Positions 50,653 to 63,660 of a DNA stretch of 64,000 bases are shown in pieces. The number at the start of each line of letters is the position of its first letter. Position 1 is the first letter of the stretch. The stretch comes from Felis catus. Taxonomy: Eukaryota. Where the stretch lies: assembly GCF_018350175.1 (NCBI RefSeq), contig NC_058368.1, forward strand, positions 145,640,001 to 145,704,000, given 5' to 3'. The translations under genes and the position numbers were made by a program. The notes under the pieces are model-generated. The model saw only the letters and a program-made list of their open reading frames with translations, was not told where the DNA came from and searched no databases.

Positions 50653-51147
50653 TTATGTCTCAAGTAGATAAGGGGCAGAGATTGACCTCTGAGACTTAAA
50701 AGAACACAGCACAGCATGCCTTTTCTAGGCATGGTCATAAGTTTTAAAAATGTAGATTAGGTCTGTGGTTTTTAGTAGGTTGCCTAACTTCTCCCCCATT
50801 ATACAAATTGGTTGTATTGTCTTTTATGACAATTCTACCACTGGCTTCAGGCCAGATCCTTTTTCTTTGTGGTTCAGGCACCAGCTCCCAAAGGGCCAAA
50901 TCCTGAGACCCATTACCCCCACACCTACCCCCTGCTTTGAATCTACATCACTTTGAGACCAGTTGTTTTCATAAATGAGGGGGGGAAAAGATGAAATTAG
51001 CTTCTATGTTAACTAGATGTGCTTTGAAATTTCTGCTTTATCTTTAAATATTTTGATTTTAACTTTTATTGTGAAACAGACCTTGCGTTTATACCCCCAA
51101 ACGTGCTGAGGAAGCAGCTGATATTTCACCATATCAAAGCAGTTTGT

Positions 51148-51372
51148 GGGGTGCCTGGATGGCTCAGTTGGTTGAGTGTCTGACCTTGGCTCAGGTCATG
51201 ATCTCCTGGTTCATGTGTTCAAGCCCCATGTCGGGCTCTGTGCTGACAGCTCAGAGCCTGGAGCCTGCTTCGGATCTTTGTCTCCCTCTCTCTCTGCCCC
51301 TCCCCACTTGTACTCTCTGTCTCTTTCTCTCTCTCTCAAAAATAAATAAACATTAAAAAATTTTTAAAAAAA
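51148..51372 (+). mobile_element. Can-SINE
   Basis: ggggtgcctggatggctcagttgg head, (CT)n tract and A-tail, flanked by gtttgtg. Confidence 0.92.
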
Positions 51373-54300
51373 GGTGGTTTGTGTCTACAAGTGGCAGAGG
51401 TGCAGGAGGGGGACAGTAAGTAAAAGGGTATCTGTGTTCCATCCCTGTTAACCTGTCAACTGAGCCACTAGACAACCAGCATGTGAACTGAGAAAACCTT
51501 GGAGAAAGAAGAAAGTGTTAAACTTTAATTACAAACAAACAAACAAAAAAAACAAATTCCTTCTCATTCAAGAATCAAAAGAGTGAAGTTGTAACTTTGG
51601 AAGTTCTAGTGCTAGTATTAGCCATTTTGTCAGTAGACACAAATCAGACCTCCGAAGAGCCCGCCGTGGGGAGGCCCTTGTCCTAATCTGAGCCCTGCAG
51701 AGGAGCTCTGGGAAATGGTCATTACCTTTGCTAAGAAGGAGTAACTATACCCCTGGCTGCTTAAGGATTAAGTAGGGAGAGCTGTGGTTCTGGCCGCTGG
51801 CATTGCTTCAGTGCTCATAGAGTAGAGATGGGGGCAGAGTTTAAAGTTTTTGCTGCTGTGGGAATCCTGATTAATATTAAGGAATATAGGTGTAGGAGCT
51901 TGGGGGTTTTTTTTTGTTGTTGTTTTTTGTTTTGTTTTTGTTTTTAGCAGAAACTGAGGTTTCTGAATCGTGCCTGCATGAGCAAAATATAAACTGAGAG
52001 TCTATTATTTTTTCTGTTCTTTTCTCCTTTAATCTAACTTTGTCTGAAAAAAATACCTACACGTGTGCATAGGGGAGAAAAGAGGAGTTTTAGTACTAGA
52101 TGTGTGTGATGTGTGTGTGTGTATGTGTGTGTGTGTGTGCACCAAGCCAGGGGTTGCAAACTGACGGTCACTGCCATGATTTGGTCCCTCAGGGGCACTT
52201 TGTTTGGTTAATGCATTGTAACTTTGGTCAGTCCAGTGTTTCAGAATTTTTTGGAGGAAAATTCTGAGTGGGGACGCACACTCTGGTTTCCCATAGATCC
52301 TTATTTTCCTATAATCTATAATTCTGATCATTGAAGATGTCCAGTTTGGGGATCTGTGAATTAAACCTTTGTTTCTCTTGTACTTTCTGAGATCTTGTAT
52401 GAGAATGAAAAACACCCCAAGCATTCTGATGTGGACCTTAGAGTGTTCATCTCTGAGTCAGCATAACATTTTAAACTTTGGGTTTTCCTAGTAAGGGGTA
52501 CATTTACTTGTAGCAAATGAATCTTCAAATTCCAGATATTCCGGGATGTGTACTGACTCAAACTTTGAGGGATTTTAGTTTTTTTGCTTTATTTTGTTTT
52601 GTTTTAAGGGTAGGAGTGAGAGGAAATTCAGGGGCTCACAAGAAGGCAAAAGGGCAGGAATGATTGATGGTCATAGAAAGTCCTGACAAATTTGTAGTCA
52701 ATATTGTTTGTCTAGAGCAGCTTGTATGACAAAAGAAGTGTCAGCAGCCGCCTGAAGTCTCATTCTTCAGGACCAGGCCTCTGAGTTAGAATAGGGGGCT
52801 TGAATGAAATGCCTGTCATGGTTAATTGGAAAAATCACTTCAGATGAGTGAGGAAGGCTGACAGTTATGCATTACAGGGAAAATTTAGTGTGTCGTACAA
52901 GGTTGATACAGGCACCAAAAGTGACTGGATTTAGTTTTTTCCTAATTAGGAAGGCTACTGGAAGGATAAAACCAAAGAAAAGGAGCAATGTGTTATTTCA
53001 GATTTGTACATACATGTAAAAGACTTCCAGCCCTATTAGTTTCATTGCCACCCCTAATCTTTACCCCAGTTCCTTTCTTAGGCTTCTTTTCCTGTTCTTG
53101 CTTTCTCATGACTCCATGAAATAGGGACCAGGAACAATTCCAGTGAGCATATGATGAAGGAGGGGACATGGTAGACTGTTGTTCTCCCCATTCCCTAGCT
53201 GGCTCTGAGTGTGTTTGCCTGGCGGTGTGGGGCTGGTCGGGGGCATCTCCAGACGTTGCTGTGGAGCACAACAGGTTTGGTGCACTTGGTCATTTAGTAC
53301 TTGGTTTATCTGTTGGCAGTTCTTGCCCTCAGACAGTGTGTCTTCTGAAGAGCCATGGTTTCTCATCCATGTGAAGTATGAGAGCTTATGATTTTATGGA
53401 CGTTGGATATTTTGGTGGATAACTGGTCCTCTGAGTTCCCGGAGACCTGTCATCTCAGGGCCGTCACCACTGACATTTGGACACGTAGGTGCAAATAAGT
53501 AATGAGGCTCTTCAGCTTAATTTTCCTTGTACGTTATGGGTTCCAGCATTCTTCTCTGTAGCCCCATAGATTTTTGAGAAGTGGAGGGCAGCTTTGTGGC
53601 TTGAGGCTTCTGAGTCTGTTTCGCCTCCAAGACTGCAACCATCAAGCTGTAAAGTAGTGCCTCATTTGTGTTGCCCCTTGGTAATGGGTAGAGGCCTGTG
53701 GCCTTTAATGAAAAGGATATGGCCCTGAAAACTTCACCTAATTCAAAACCTGCAATATTTAGGCAATAGCCTCAATTCAGTTTTACAATTCATTTGGCCT
53801 GCTGGCTTTGAAATGATGTTATCGTGAAAAGAACTTAAATTTGGGGGATTTACCTTACTTCAGATTTTGACCATGAAGAGATTTTATTAATTGTTTTTAG
53901 TATTACACCATTTCAAATTTGTGTAAAATGTAACCACACTGAGGTATTCTATTGGGGTTTATGTCTGGCACCCCTTTTAATTTTTTAATGTGTAATCTAA
54001 TTTGTGAGGCCAAATATCCTAACTCCTGCTTACAGAAATACAAGTCTAAATATTTTGTAAGCAAGAGGGCAAGCTAATAGGACTTGGGAAGTATTTTGAG
54101 ATTGATGTTGGGCTGTTATTACTACCTTTACGTATGGCAGCTTGAAAATGTCTCAAAAAGAAATCAATTGAATTCAGTAAAGGTTTATTTAGTACCTACC
54201 AAGGACCAGGCAGTGTAGCAGACATTGGGATCACCAGTTGAAATAAAGTCAATGAATTGAAACTAAATGATACAAGAATTTAAAACTAAAACTAGCCATG

Positions 54301-54469
54301 AGTTGCTTAATTTTTTTATTCTCTACCTTTTAATCCTATTATTTTATGAAGATGAGTATAATCTTGCCACTTGATTTAAAGAGAAATATAAAAGTGATTA
54401 GGACATTTTTGGCAATGCTCAGAGAGGTAATGAAATGTCTGTGATTTTTTGTTTGTTTGAGTTTGGCAG

Positions 54470-54670
54470 CCTATGGGTGCTCCTGGCCACTTCCTAGCTG
54501 TGTGTCATTGGTCAAGTCACTTAACCTCTCTGTGCCTTTGTTTTCCCTTCTGTTGAAATGAAGAAAATAAAAGTAACCATCGTAAAGGGTTGTTGGCGTT
54601 ATGGGGATTAAATGAGTTAACATTTGTCAAGCCCTCAGAACATGCCTAATATATTCCAAGTGCTATATTA
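54470..54670 (+). mobile_element. MIR SINE
   Basis: ccacttcctagctgtgtgtcattggtcaagtcacttaacctctctgtgcc...ggattaaatgagttaac. Confidence 0.8.
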
Positions 54671-55194
54671 TTTTAAAAAATAATATACTTTTTAAACCGT
54701 CTTCATCCAGTTTTTTGGTTTAAGGTATGTATGGCATGCTTACACAATGGAATCTTTGTCTATGATACAGAAATTTTTCAGTGCCAGGTCAACTTTCACT
54801 GTGTCCAGAATGACAGTTCTAAAAGTACTAAATGTACTTTTAGTAGTAAGTGTGCTAAATGCAGATTTCAACCCAAGTAGCGAATTGCTTTGGTGAGATT
54901 TCTCTCTCTGGCGGAGGTATGATGCAGAAAATGCTCTAACCCTGTTAAGGCTTTTGTAGTCAAAGTGTGAGTGTGGTTTGGAAATGTAGTATTTAAGTGG
55001 TGTTTTCACTCTCACCAGTGCCAAGTTCCATGATGATATTGATGGTCCTGAAAATACATTTTTATCAAGTGCTTTTTTAAAAATGAAACGAAAAATGTAG
55101 TTAAAATACTGATTCTTTATAATCTGTTTAAAATTCAGTTTCTTGGAGGAACTTCGTATTTTCTGAAATAAATATCCCACTTAGCCTATTGGTA

Positions 55195-56150
55195 CATATA
55201 AATATGGATTCACTAAATGTGGATTTGCTTAAAAACAAGATATGCCCAACTAACCTCATTTCCTTTTTTGATAGAGAGGAGAGACTGGTGGGGAGGGGAA
55301 ATGCCACAGACAAAATGTGTCTGGATTTCAGGAAGACATTTGACAGAGTCTCTGTGACGTCCTTGTGGGAAAGATGAAGATATGTGAGCTGAGTGATAGT
55401 TAAGCTGGTAGGATTCATGGCTAGTTGATGGTGATATGGAAAGGGCACTCAGGAAGGAGTCTTCAGGCTCCATTTTTTTACCCTGCCTTTTCCACATCTT
55501 GATGTGAGGTTTGGATGATCTCAATAGAGAGGAAAATTTGGAAATGGGAACAAATAAGAGTATGAAGTTTAAAATCCTCATTTCAGTGAAACACGCGGCA
55601 TGCATTTATAGTCTGGGGGAGATCTCACTTTGTGTGAAGATTCTTGTTGACTCTGAGCTCTGTCTGATTGTCAATGTGACATAGCTGCTGTGTGAATTAA
55701 AGTGATCTTCGGCCGCCTTTAATTAGAAATGTGGTTTGAAAGCAAGTAAATAATAGTCTCACTCTGCTCTGCTATAGTAAGACCACTGAGAGTGTGGTTC
55801 AGCACTAGACAGTGTGTTTTCATTTTGTCGGGAGAGATGATGACAAGCTAGAGCAAACCCCAATAGTGAAAAGTCTGGGAAACTAGAAGGAGTTGGAGGA
55901 TCTGGGGCTGTTTGGAGAAAAGAGGGCTGGGAGATGGGGCTAGTGACCTGACACCTGGTTTCAAGTATTTAAAGGAATATCAAGCAGAACAGGAATTGGC
56001 CTTCTGCATAGTTCCAGTAGAAAAGTGGAATAGGACCAAACGGTGCAAGACGTGGGACAACAGGACTTCTTTAAGCAATGAGAGCTGTTAGAGAATAGAA
56101 CGATTTGCTCATGATTGGAGAAATTCAAGAAGAAGGGACAGGATGGCTGC
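55195..56150 (+). mobile_element. CR1/L3 LINE fossil with RT motifs
   Basis: ORF 55189..55377 contains KICPTNLISFFDREERLVGRGNATDKMCLDFRKTFDRVS, compared with CR1 RT KSCLTNLISF.D.VT.LVD.G.A.D.VYLDFSKAFD.VSH. CR1-like 3' sequence downstream (ctgctctgctatagtaagaccact). Confidence 0.8.
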
Positions 56151-56184
56151 CTAGGAAGGTTGTACAGGCCGTATGTCAGGATGG

Positions 56185-56420
56185 CTAAAAATATGGGCTT
56201 GGGGGTTGACAAACTGGTTGATATGTGGTTCTGGTTTTGCTAGTGGCTGTGTGAAACTTGGGCAATTTCTTTAATATCTCCATGTCTCAGATTTCTCATC
56301 TGTATAATAGTAGTTCCTTTCTCCTATGTTTACTTGTTAAATAATCCATGTAAAGTTCTGTACACTCTAGGTTACTGAGTACCTAGCAAATACTCAACAA
56401 GTGACAGTTACTGCTCTTAC
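56185..56420 (+). mobile_element. MIR SINE
   Basis: gctgtgtgaaacttgggcaatttcttaatatctccatgtctcagatttctcatctgtataat. Confidence 0.7.
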
Positions 56421-58075
56421 TAGTCCTGGTGTGAGGGACTGTTGAAAGAGATGCTCTGCTTTCCAAACCCAGCATTTTATAGTTCTGATCTGTATGCGGC
56501 TTAACAGGGACAAACGTATCTGGACCCTAGTCCTAGAAAACCTTTAATTGCATTTGAGTCTCTCTTCTTCCCATTTCTCCTACTCAGTGCTCCTTTCAGT
56601 TTCTTTAAGGGGTATATCCTGGAGCCCAAGTGTTGGTTTTCTTTTTCTCAAATATGTGTCACCAAAAAGTGGCAGTGGCCTTGAGAAGACGGGCTTCCTT
56701 TCTGAGGACCTATGGGTGGGCTTTTGCCCATTTGCTTGGGAAATGGCGATCATATTATACAGTAAACCAGGAAAGGATATGCCTAAATTAAAATTGTGTT
56801 AGAGATTTTTATGCCTACCAATTTGTTTCTATGCGTTGTATTAATATAATAGGAGTTGAGTAAGTATTGAAATGATTGTGCAATTAAAGAGAATTATAGT
56901 CACTGTTACAGAACAAAAGGCAAATGCAACAGAGGCGTAGCCCTGTATTTTGTTTTCACCCGACTTCCGCCACAGTTTGCTGACAGAACACCCACACCAC
57001 ATTTGTTGCGAGAGAAAACCGTTTCCAGGAGTCCAGCTTCTCTTCCTCCTCTCCCACAACCACCTCCTGTCTCTAAATTGCCTGAACAGGCAGCAGAAAG
57101 TCACTAGAGGGCATACTCTGACCATTTATTATCAAGGGACTACAGCTGGGAAGAACCAGACACTTCTCATTTAGGTCTCCTTTTGGATGAAGAGGCAGTT
57201 TCTAACTCACTTGGAAACACTCGGAGTCTGAAGACTGCCTTGCTAAATAAACCACTACCCAACCTTGGGGAATCAGCAGAGACATTTTACTGAGTGGCCA
57301 TGTCTTCAGATCTTTCTGTTCCTGTACTGATACCAATGTTGTTCTCAGAAGCTGGGCAGGCAGAAAGACCCCTGGCCTGGAAACCCAGAGACATGTGGAA
57401 TTTGGCTCCAGCTTTAACTGATTTCTGGAGTTTCAGCAAACTAAACTTCATGTCCTCAATCTTAGTTTTTGTCATCTGTAAAACAGAAGACTAGACAGAT
57501 TAAGTTTTACCAGTAAGTGATTGAATTCCTTCCTTTGACCTATCTCCATCTCTCCTTTCCTTTTTTGATTAAACTAAAGGAGAAATGGGGATTTTACCAA
57601 TACTGTGTTTGGGGTAGGTCTGTTAAGAGCTTGTAGTGCTGAAGAGACAGTGTGCAAAGCACACTACACATTGTAGAGTGGGAAGCTGAGTGCCTGTGGT
57701 TTGAGCGTAGACCTCCCCTGCTTCTTTGTATAGGATTTCCAGACTGGGGCATGCCTACTCCTAGAGATGGAACAGCCATGGGACCAGTATAGCCCACTGT
57801 TTTGGAGCATTGATTCTACTTAAGAATTTAGGGGGAAACAAAGACATTTTTTATGTTAAACACAGATATTATGGTACATAATTTAAATTTTTGCATGCTT
57901 TTTTTTATTGTGAAATAATATTTCAAAAATGCGGGGTTTATAGTTGGATGCTCTAAGTTCTACTTCTAGATTTTCTGGGATTCACAGTATTTCTTCATTG
58001 CACTAGACCCCTAATGGAAGACTCTTTTGGAAGGAAAGTTTGGGGAAATTTAACCCTTGAGGTATGTTTTGAATG

Positions 58076-58703
58076 TGTCTTAGGTTAAATTCCCTAGAAG
58101 CAGAATTGGAGACAAGCATTCAGCTGCATGCAATTTACTGAGGGCATGCTCTTTAAGGAAAACAAAAATGTTGCTAATAAGTGAGGGGAACTGGGTAGGA
58201 AAGGCAATGATGTGGTCTCAAGAAATAAGATGAATAAATTACATTATGTAGTTGACCCTCCTCCTTGGGGTAAGGTGGCTGGGAGTTTGTACCTCTATAT
58301 CAGTTAGTCATTGTCTGTAGGCTCTTCCTGCACAAAGTCTGGGAGGTGACTCTCTTTAGTGGGAGTGGGAAGGAAAGAGGGGGGCAGTTCTCCAGAGAAA
58401 AAACAGTTGTGAATTGTGTGCATCAAGTGATGTGCTGGAGTCACAGCTCCTACAGTTCACAAGAGCTGACTGTGTGTATTGTGTCCCGACTCCCCACTAA
58501 GTGACTTCACCCTGATAGCTTTGATGAGAGCATTTGCACCTGGAAAATCAACAAAAGCCACAAATTGGGGGCTCTTATACCCCCACCAGGAGCCAGTTGT
58601 TAAACACTGACCAGCATCCCTCTGGGGTAACACTCGTGGCAGCTAAGAGGTGATGCCCTGGCTGGTGAAGGAGATCTGGGCAGGGCACCAATGGCATCTA
58701 CTA
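58076..58703 (-). mobile_element. LTR16-like ERVL LTR split by MER63
   Basis: Begins tgtcttaggttaaattccctagaagcaga...gagacaagcattc, the reverse of the LTR16-type 3' end. Confidence 0.6.
58424..58625. mobile_element. MER63A-like hAT-Blackjack MITE
   Basis: caagtgatgtgctggagtc...gagccagttgttaaacactgaccagcatccctctgg with degenerate TIRs. Confidence 0.7.
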
Positions 58704-59054
58704 CTTTGGGGCTATAGAAGACCTACCCACAGATGATCTCCCAAACTAACTTGTCACTTGGCAAGTAGGGTGTGCTTTTCCTAGCCTCTTTTAAAATGCA
58801 CAATATTGGGAGGCAGAGAACTAATAATTCACAACCCAACAGTCCAAACAGCTGGTTATGTTTTTTAACTGCAAAAGAAGGTCAGAGCAGAGGTGAGGAA
58901 AGAGCATGTAAATGGAACTACCTGCAGTAAGGGACAAGGAAGGACTCTGCTGTATTGCTTAGAAAAACTATGATTCTATAATGTTTTCTGGGAGATACTT
59001 TTTAGAACTTATTTAAAATATAGCACTTCACTAAGATGATGGAGGGTTAAACTT

Positions 59055-59090
59055 TTATTATGGAAAACTTATTAGGTAAAATTTCAAATA

Positions 59091-59125
<35 letters not shown>

Positions 59126-59240
59126 ATACATATATATAAGTTGAGAGAATAGTATAATAAACTCTTGTACTCATCACTCAGAGTCAACAATTATTACATT
59201 ATGGCCAACCTTGTTTCATTTGCACCCCCATTCCCTTCCC
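59055..59240 (-). mobile_element. old L1 (L1MC/ME-like) 3' end with (TATATG)n at 59089-59138
   Basis: aaaatttcaaatatata...aagttgagagaatagtataataaac...atggccaaccttgtttcat. Confidence 0.65.
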
Positions 59241-60861
59241 CCTAGAGGTAGGGGAAGTTTTAAAGACTTAGTTAATTGGGTAAATGTTGAATGTGGCCTA
59301 GGAAACAAACAAACAAACAAATTCACCAGGGACTGGGGAAAAGGTTTCTGACATAAGAAAGGCACAGCAGCTGTGACCACTTTCCCTAACATGTTAGGAA
59401 ATAGTAGGAGTCATTTGAAGACGCATGAAATGCATTACATGGGATCTGTATTCTGATTAATCCCAAGATCTTTTTATCTCCAACTCCTAAAATGAAGAGC
59501 TGGTGATGGAACAAGAAGATGAGAAGTGTTACAGGTTTCCTATCAAAGGAGCTTAATATTCTTTGCTGCCTAAATACTTCTTATTCCCTGGGCTTTTTCT
59601 TTCTGTTCAGAGGTACAGGAACAAAAAATCAGGATAATTGCGGGTACAGATTCTAAATTATCTTCCAGACTAAGAGAAAGGCTTGTCACTACTCCAATAA
59701 AATCAGTCTTGACTCTTATTTGATGGGCAAAGAAACTTCCTTAAATAAGCTTAGGCCTTCTTATGATAGTTTTACTGTGTTCACATGATGGATTAACGGC
59801 CTGTGTACTTTTTTTCTTTCTCCTTTTTTTTCCCTTTTACTGTCTTTAGGTATTTGGGATAAGTGATGGCCTCTGACCTTTTTCTGAGAATGGCAGGTTT
59901 CCTTCTCTCTACTTTCTAGCCATTGTGTGTTCCTTCTTACTGTTGTAATTCCAAAGATAATACAGATGTGAGGTCTTGACCACCTGGAGCTGAAAGAATA
60001 AGTAATGCAGCCCCAGGAAGAGCATGTTTGGAAAATTAATAATTCAGGATGAATGAATAAGCCAGGAAAGACTCAGTTCAGTCATTATATATTTATCACT
60101 AGAAACTTCTACCAGGGTTAGTTGGAAGTAGACAAATAACTTGAAAAATTAGACCATTGGGAGCTTCAGAAAGTCAGTGCTGAGGGAGGAGTAGATATAA
60201 TAACAGAAGAGAAACAACTCTGTCTGGGTTATTGTCTAACTATTTTATAATAAATTGGTTGCAGCTACTTTATTGGAACTGCCCATGATAAAGCCTGGTC
60301 CTTTATGCCTGTGGAGAGCCTGAGAAAGGAGTTGCTCTGAGGCTGTAGACAAGGGTTGTGAGCTGTTTATCAACAGAGGGTTTTCACTTGCTGGTTGCAT
60401 GGAAGAGGTTGTTGACAGGTAGTAAGCCTGGGTCCATGTGGATCAAAGGCAGAAAATAAAAGAAAGTGTTCTTTGCTAAAGGATGGTTATAGCCGAAGAT
60501 TGAAAAAGGCTGTGCAAGTATCAATTCCTACAACTCATCTCTTCAAGCCAGTAAATCTTGAAGATGTATTTGTTAAATTTAAAATTGACCATATGCTGGC
60601 TGAATTTGTTTAGGTTTCCCCACTGTTATTGGGAATCAGACTTAATTCTTTCAGTGGATTTCTTGGCTTTTTTTTTTTTTGTATTGGAGCAGAATTTTCA
60701 TTGTTTTCTTTTCATTGAAATGTTATGATGTCAATGTAAAAACAATCTGCAATCAATGTGCGTGAGTATTTCTGACATGTTATTAAAGAATGCAAGTTTT
60801 CTAGAACATGTTCCTATGTGTATATATATTAAGAGAAGTTTGATTTAATTTTTAAATGGAG

Positions 60862-61140
60862 TTTACTTTTTAGAGCAGTTTTAGAGCAGAAATATTGATT
60901 GGAAGGTACAAAAATTTCTCATATAGCCCTTACCCCCCTATATGAACAGACTCCCCAACTGTCAACATCCTGCATCAGAGTGGTACATTTGTTACAATCA
61001 GTGAACCTACACTGATACATCATTATCACCTGAAGTCTATAATTTACATTAGGGTTCATTTTTGGCATTGTATATTCCATGGGTTTTGACAAATGTGTAA
61101 TGACATGTATTTACAATTATGGTATCATACAGGATAGTTG
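60862..61140 (-). mobile_element. L1 3' end (L1MC-like)
   Basis: ttttttagagcagttttag...cagagtggtacatttgttacaatcagtgaacctacactgatacatcattatcacc. Confidence 0.8.
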
Positions 61141-61916
61141 CAGGATTTCATTTTTAAAAACCTAAATTCTTGCATCAGTTTTATTCTCTTAGGCTACCCC
61201 GATTTGTCTTCAAACCAAGCAGTGTTCGTGGTGATTGCATGTTACAATATGTACAGAAGTGCATTTTATAAAAAGTGCAGTTAGACTAAAAATTTTTGTT
61301 AGAGCATATGCTTAGTGAATAAGGAGGAAAAGAAGTTTGAAATGTAAAGCTGTTTTCCCAAGCAATAAAATCCACTGACAGAATGAGGATATTGGTGTGT
61401 GTTCAGTCAAAGTAGAGGGCTCCTTAAATTCAAGACCATTATTGGTCTTGATTTTTGGTTATTGGTTATTGATCTGAATAGAGGCCACCAGGCAACAGCT
61501 TCAGAAATGCTTTTACAAGAATTTCTTAAGAGCTCCTTTTGAACTTTTGTCGCCCAGGCTCTTTCAAAACATACTCATGTTGGAATGAGTTCCAGTCAAT
61601 CTGATTCATATTAGTTTATGGTGGAACAAGCACCAGTACCTTTAATTTCTCCAAGTGGTGCTAGGATAATCTTAGGCAGCCTAATTGACCAAATGCTAAA
61701 AGTCTACTTGACAGTGGATACATGTTAGTCATCTTAGTTACCCTAAGATTCCAGCTGTGTAATGAATTGATGACCTAAAGGCCAAATTTGGGAAATCTAG
61801 ACCCCTTATGTATTTAATTTATTATGACAGAGATAAAGGGGAAATAGAGGATTCAGATTAAATGAAGGATAGAAAAATAATGATTAGGAAAGTGGTAGGA
61901 CAATAAATGCCACAAG

Positions 61917-62604
61917 TGAAGGGGAGGAAAAATAATTTTATCTCTACTCTTCATTGTTCTTGCTTGAGACTACTCTGCCCCTTGTAAAAATAGATTAGCA
62001 GGAGGAAAAAAAGTTAATTACATACATAAAGGAACCCCAAAAGATATAATATTTGAAAGACGGCCAGAAGATTGAGGCTCATATACCATCTTGAGCCAAG
62101 GAAAGGGATAGGAGTCTGAGCTTCAGAGTGGGGAAGGCAATTCCTGGCAAGGCAAGGAAAATCATGGTGAGAAGAAGAAATGTTTGGTAAACAAAGGTTT
62201 CCCTGAATAGATTTTAAAAGTTCTTATCAGAAGAAAAAAAAATTGTAACTATGTAAGGTGATGGGTGTTAACTACATAAATCGCTGTGACCATTTCACAA
62301 TATAGACAAATATTGAATCATTATGTGGTACATGTGCAACTAGTGTCATATTATAAATCAATTATATCTCAGTATAAATAAACAAAAAACAAAAACAAAT
62401 GTTGCCTTGCCATGCAGATAAATCTCTCAGGTGAAAAAGTGATTTCTGGTAATAGCTCTCTTTCTGGTACATGTCCTCTTTCTAAGGTAAACTTCCCTTA
62501 TAAAGTGGTAAATTTTATTCTGTTTTAGAGCTTCTGTCTGTAACTCACAATAATCCTTATGCCAAAGACGCATATTTCGGGGTGGCATATTCTGCTACCC
62601 TTCA
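61917..62604 (-). mobile_element. MER34-like ERV1 solo LTR
   Basis: Inverted termini TGAAGGG...CCCTTCA. The minus strand starts tgaagggtagcagaatatgccaccccgaaatatgcgtctttggcataaggattatt. Confidence 0.75.
62206..62392 (+). mobile_element. short L1 3' end nested in the MER34-like LTR
   Basis: gtaactatgtaaggtgatgg...tcaattatatctca plus A-tail. Degenerate TSD aaacaaaggtttccctg (62189-62205) and aaacaaatgttgccttg (62393-62409). Confidence 0.8.
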
Positions 62605-63129
62605 AAAACATATGCTTAAAGAGAAAATGTAAACTGCTACTGAATGTATATGTCAGTTCTTCATCCTTGACATGAGTATTAGTACTGACCACCAAAGGGC
62701 AGATGAAAGAAGAGCACTGGTTCTCAGGTACACAAAACTAGGTAGGTGCAGACTCACCCATCTCCTGGGGTTGCTGAGAGGATTAAAGGGATATTATCAG
62801 GTGAGAAAAGTACTTTGAAAGCTACAGAACTCTAGTTAGCGTAACATAACGATTGGCACTTGTTCCAAAAGATCTAATGACAAAACTAACATGAATGAAG
62901 CAAAATGGCATGTAATTGAATTCTAAATTGGGTTATGTAGATGTCATTCATGTAGGGGCCCAGGGATGAGAAAAATCCAGGTAAAATGAAGTGTTAACTG
63001 AATGCTCCGTGAAAGAGAACAGTTTTGAGCTTGTTATTTAAAGTCAGGTAAAATAAACCATGAGAATGGTGGGTTTGGGGGCAAGTATTCCAGTAAGGGA
63101 GGACTTTAAGCTAAAATAGGTAGGAATAT

Positions 63130-63331
63130 GGGGCGCCTGGGTGGCGCAGTCGGTTAAGCGTCTAACTTCAGCCAGGTCACGATCTCACGGTCTGTGAGTT
63201 CGAGCCCCGCGTCAGGCTCTGGGCTGATGGCTCAGAGCCTGGAGCCTGTTTCCGATTCTGTGTCTCCCTCTCTCTCTGCCCCTCCCCCGTTCATGCTCTG
63301 TCTCTCTCTGTCCCAAAAATAAATAAATGTT
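63130..63331 (+). mobile_element. young feline SINE (SINEC_Fc-like)
   Basis: Intact A box (tggcgcagtcgg) and B box (gttcgagcc). TSD aaaataggtaggaata at 63113-63128 and 63332-63347. Confidence 0.95.
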
Positions 63332-63394
63332 AAAATAGGTAGGAATAGGGAAGCGTATGCTGGGACCTGTGAAGACATCTAGAACAAACAGTAT

Positions 63395-63660
63395 CCATTC
63401 ATTTGTTTAATTATCATATATGGAACTCCAGCTCAGTGCCAAGTACTGGAGATAACTAAGACAATAAACTGAGGGTTCTGGCCTCAAGGATTCAAGTCTG
63501 GAGCATCTGTGTTGAAAAGTGTTGGACAATACAGCACAGGTGGGGTTAGAGATATGCAGGAAAACTTCAGTGATGAACAGTGGACTTGAGCTGAGTGATT
63601 ATGATTAAGGAGCATGTGAGAAAAATTCGGAGATAGAAATAATATCAAGGTAAGAATTCA
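63395..63660 (-). mobile_element. L2 3' fragment
   Basis: cattcatttgtttaa...gtgccaagtactggagata...gcctcaaggattcaagtctgg. Confidence 0.6.

Noticed and set aside
54740..55180. 146-aa minus-strand ORF
   Set aside because: No recognisable domain or splice structure. It is AT-rich and adjacent to MIR and CR1 debris, consistent with chance.
63130..63210. tRNA-like A and B boxes suggesting tRNA genes
   Set aside because: These are the tRNA-derived heads of Can-SINEs, followed by (CT)n, poly(A) and TSDs.
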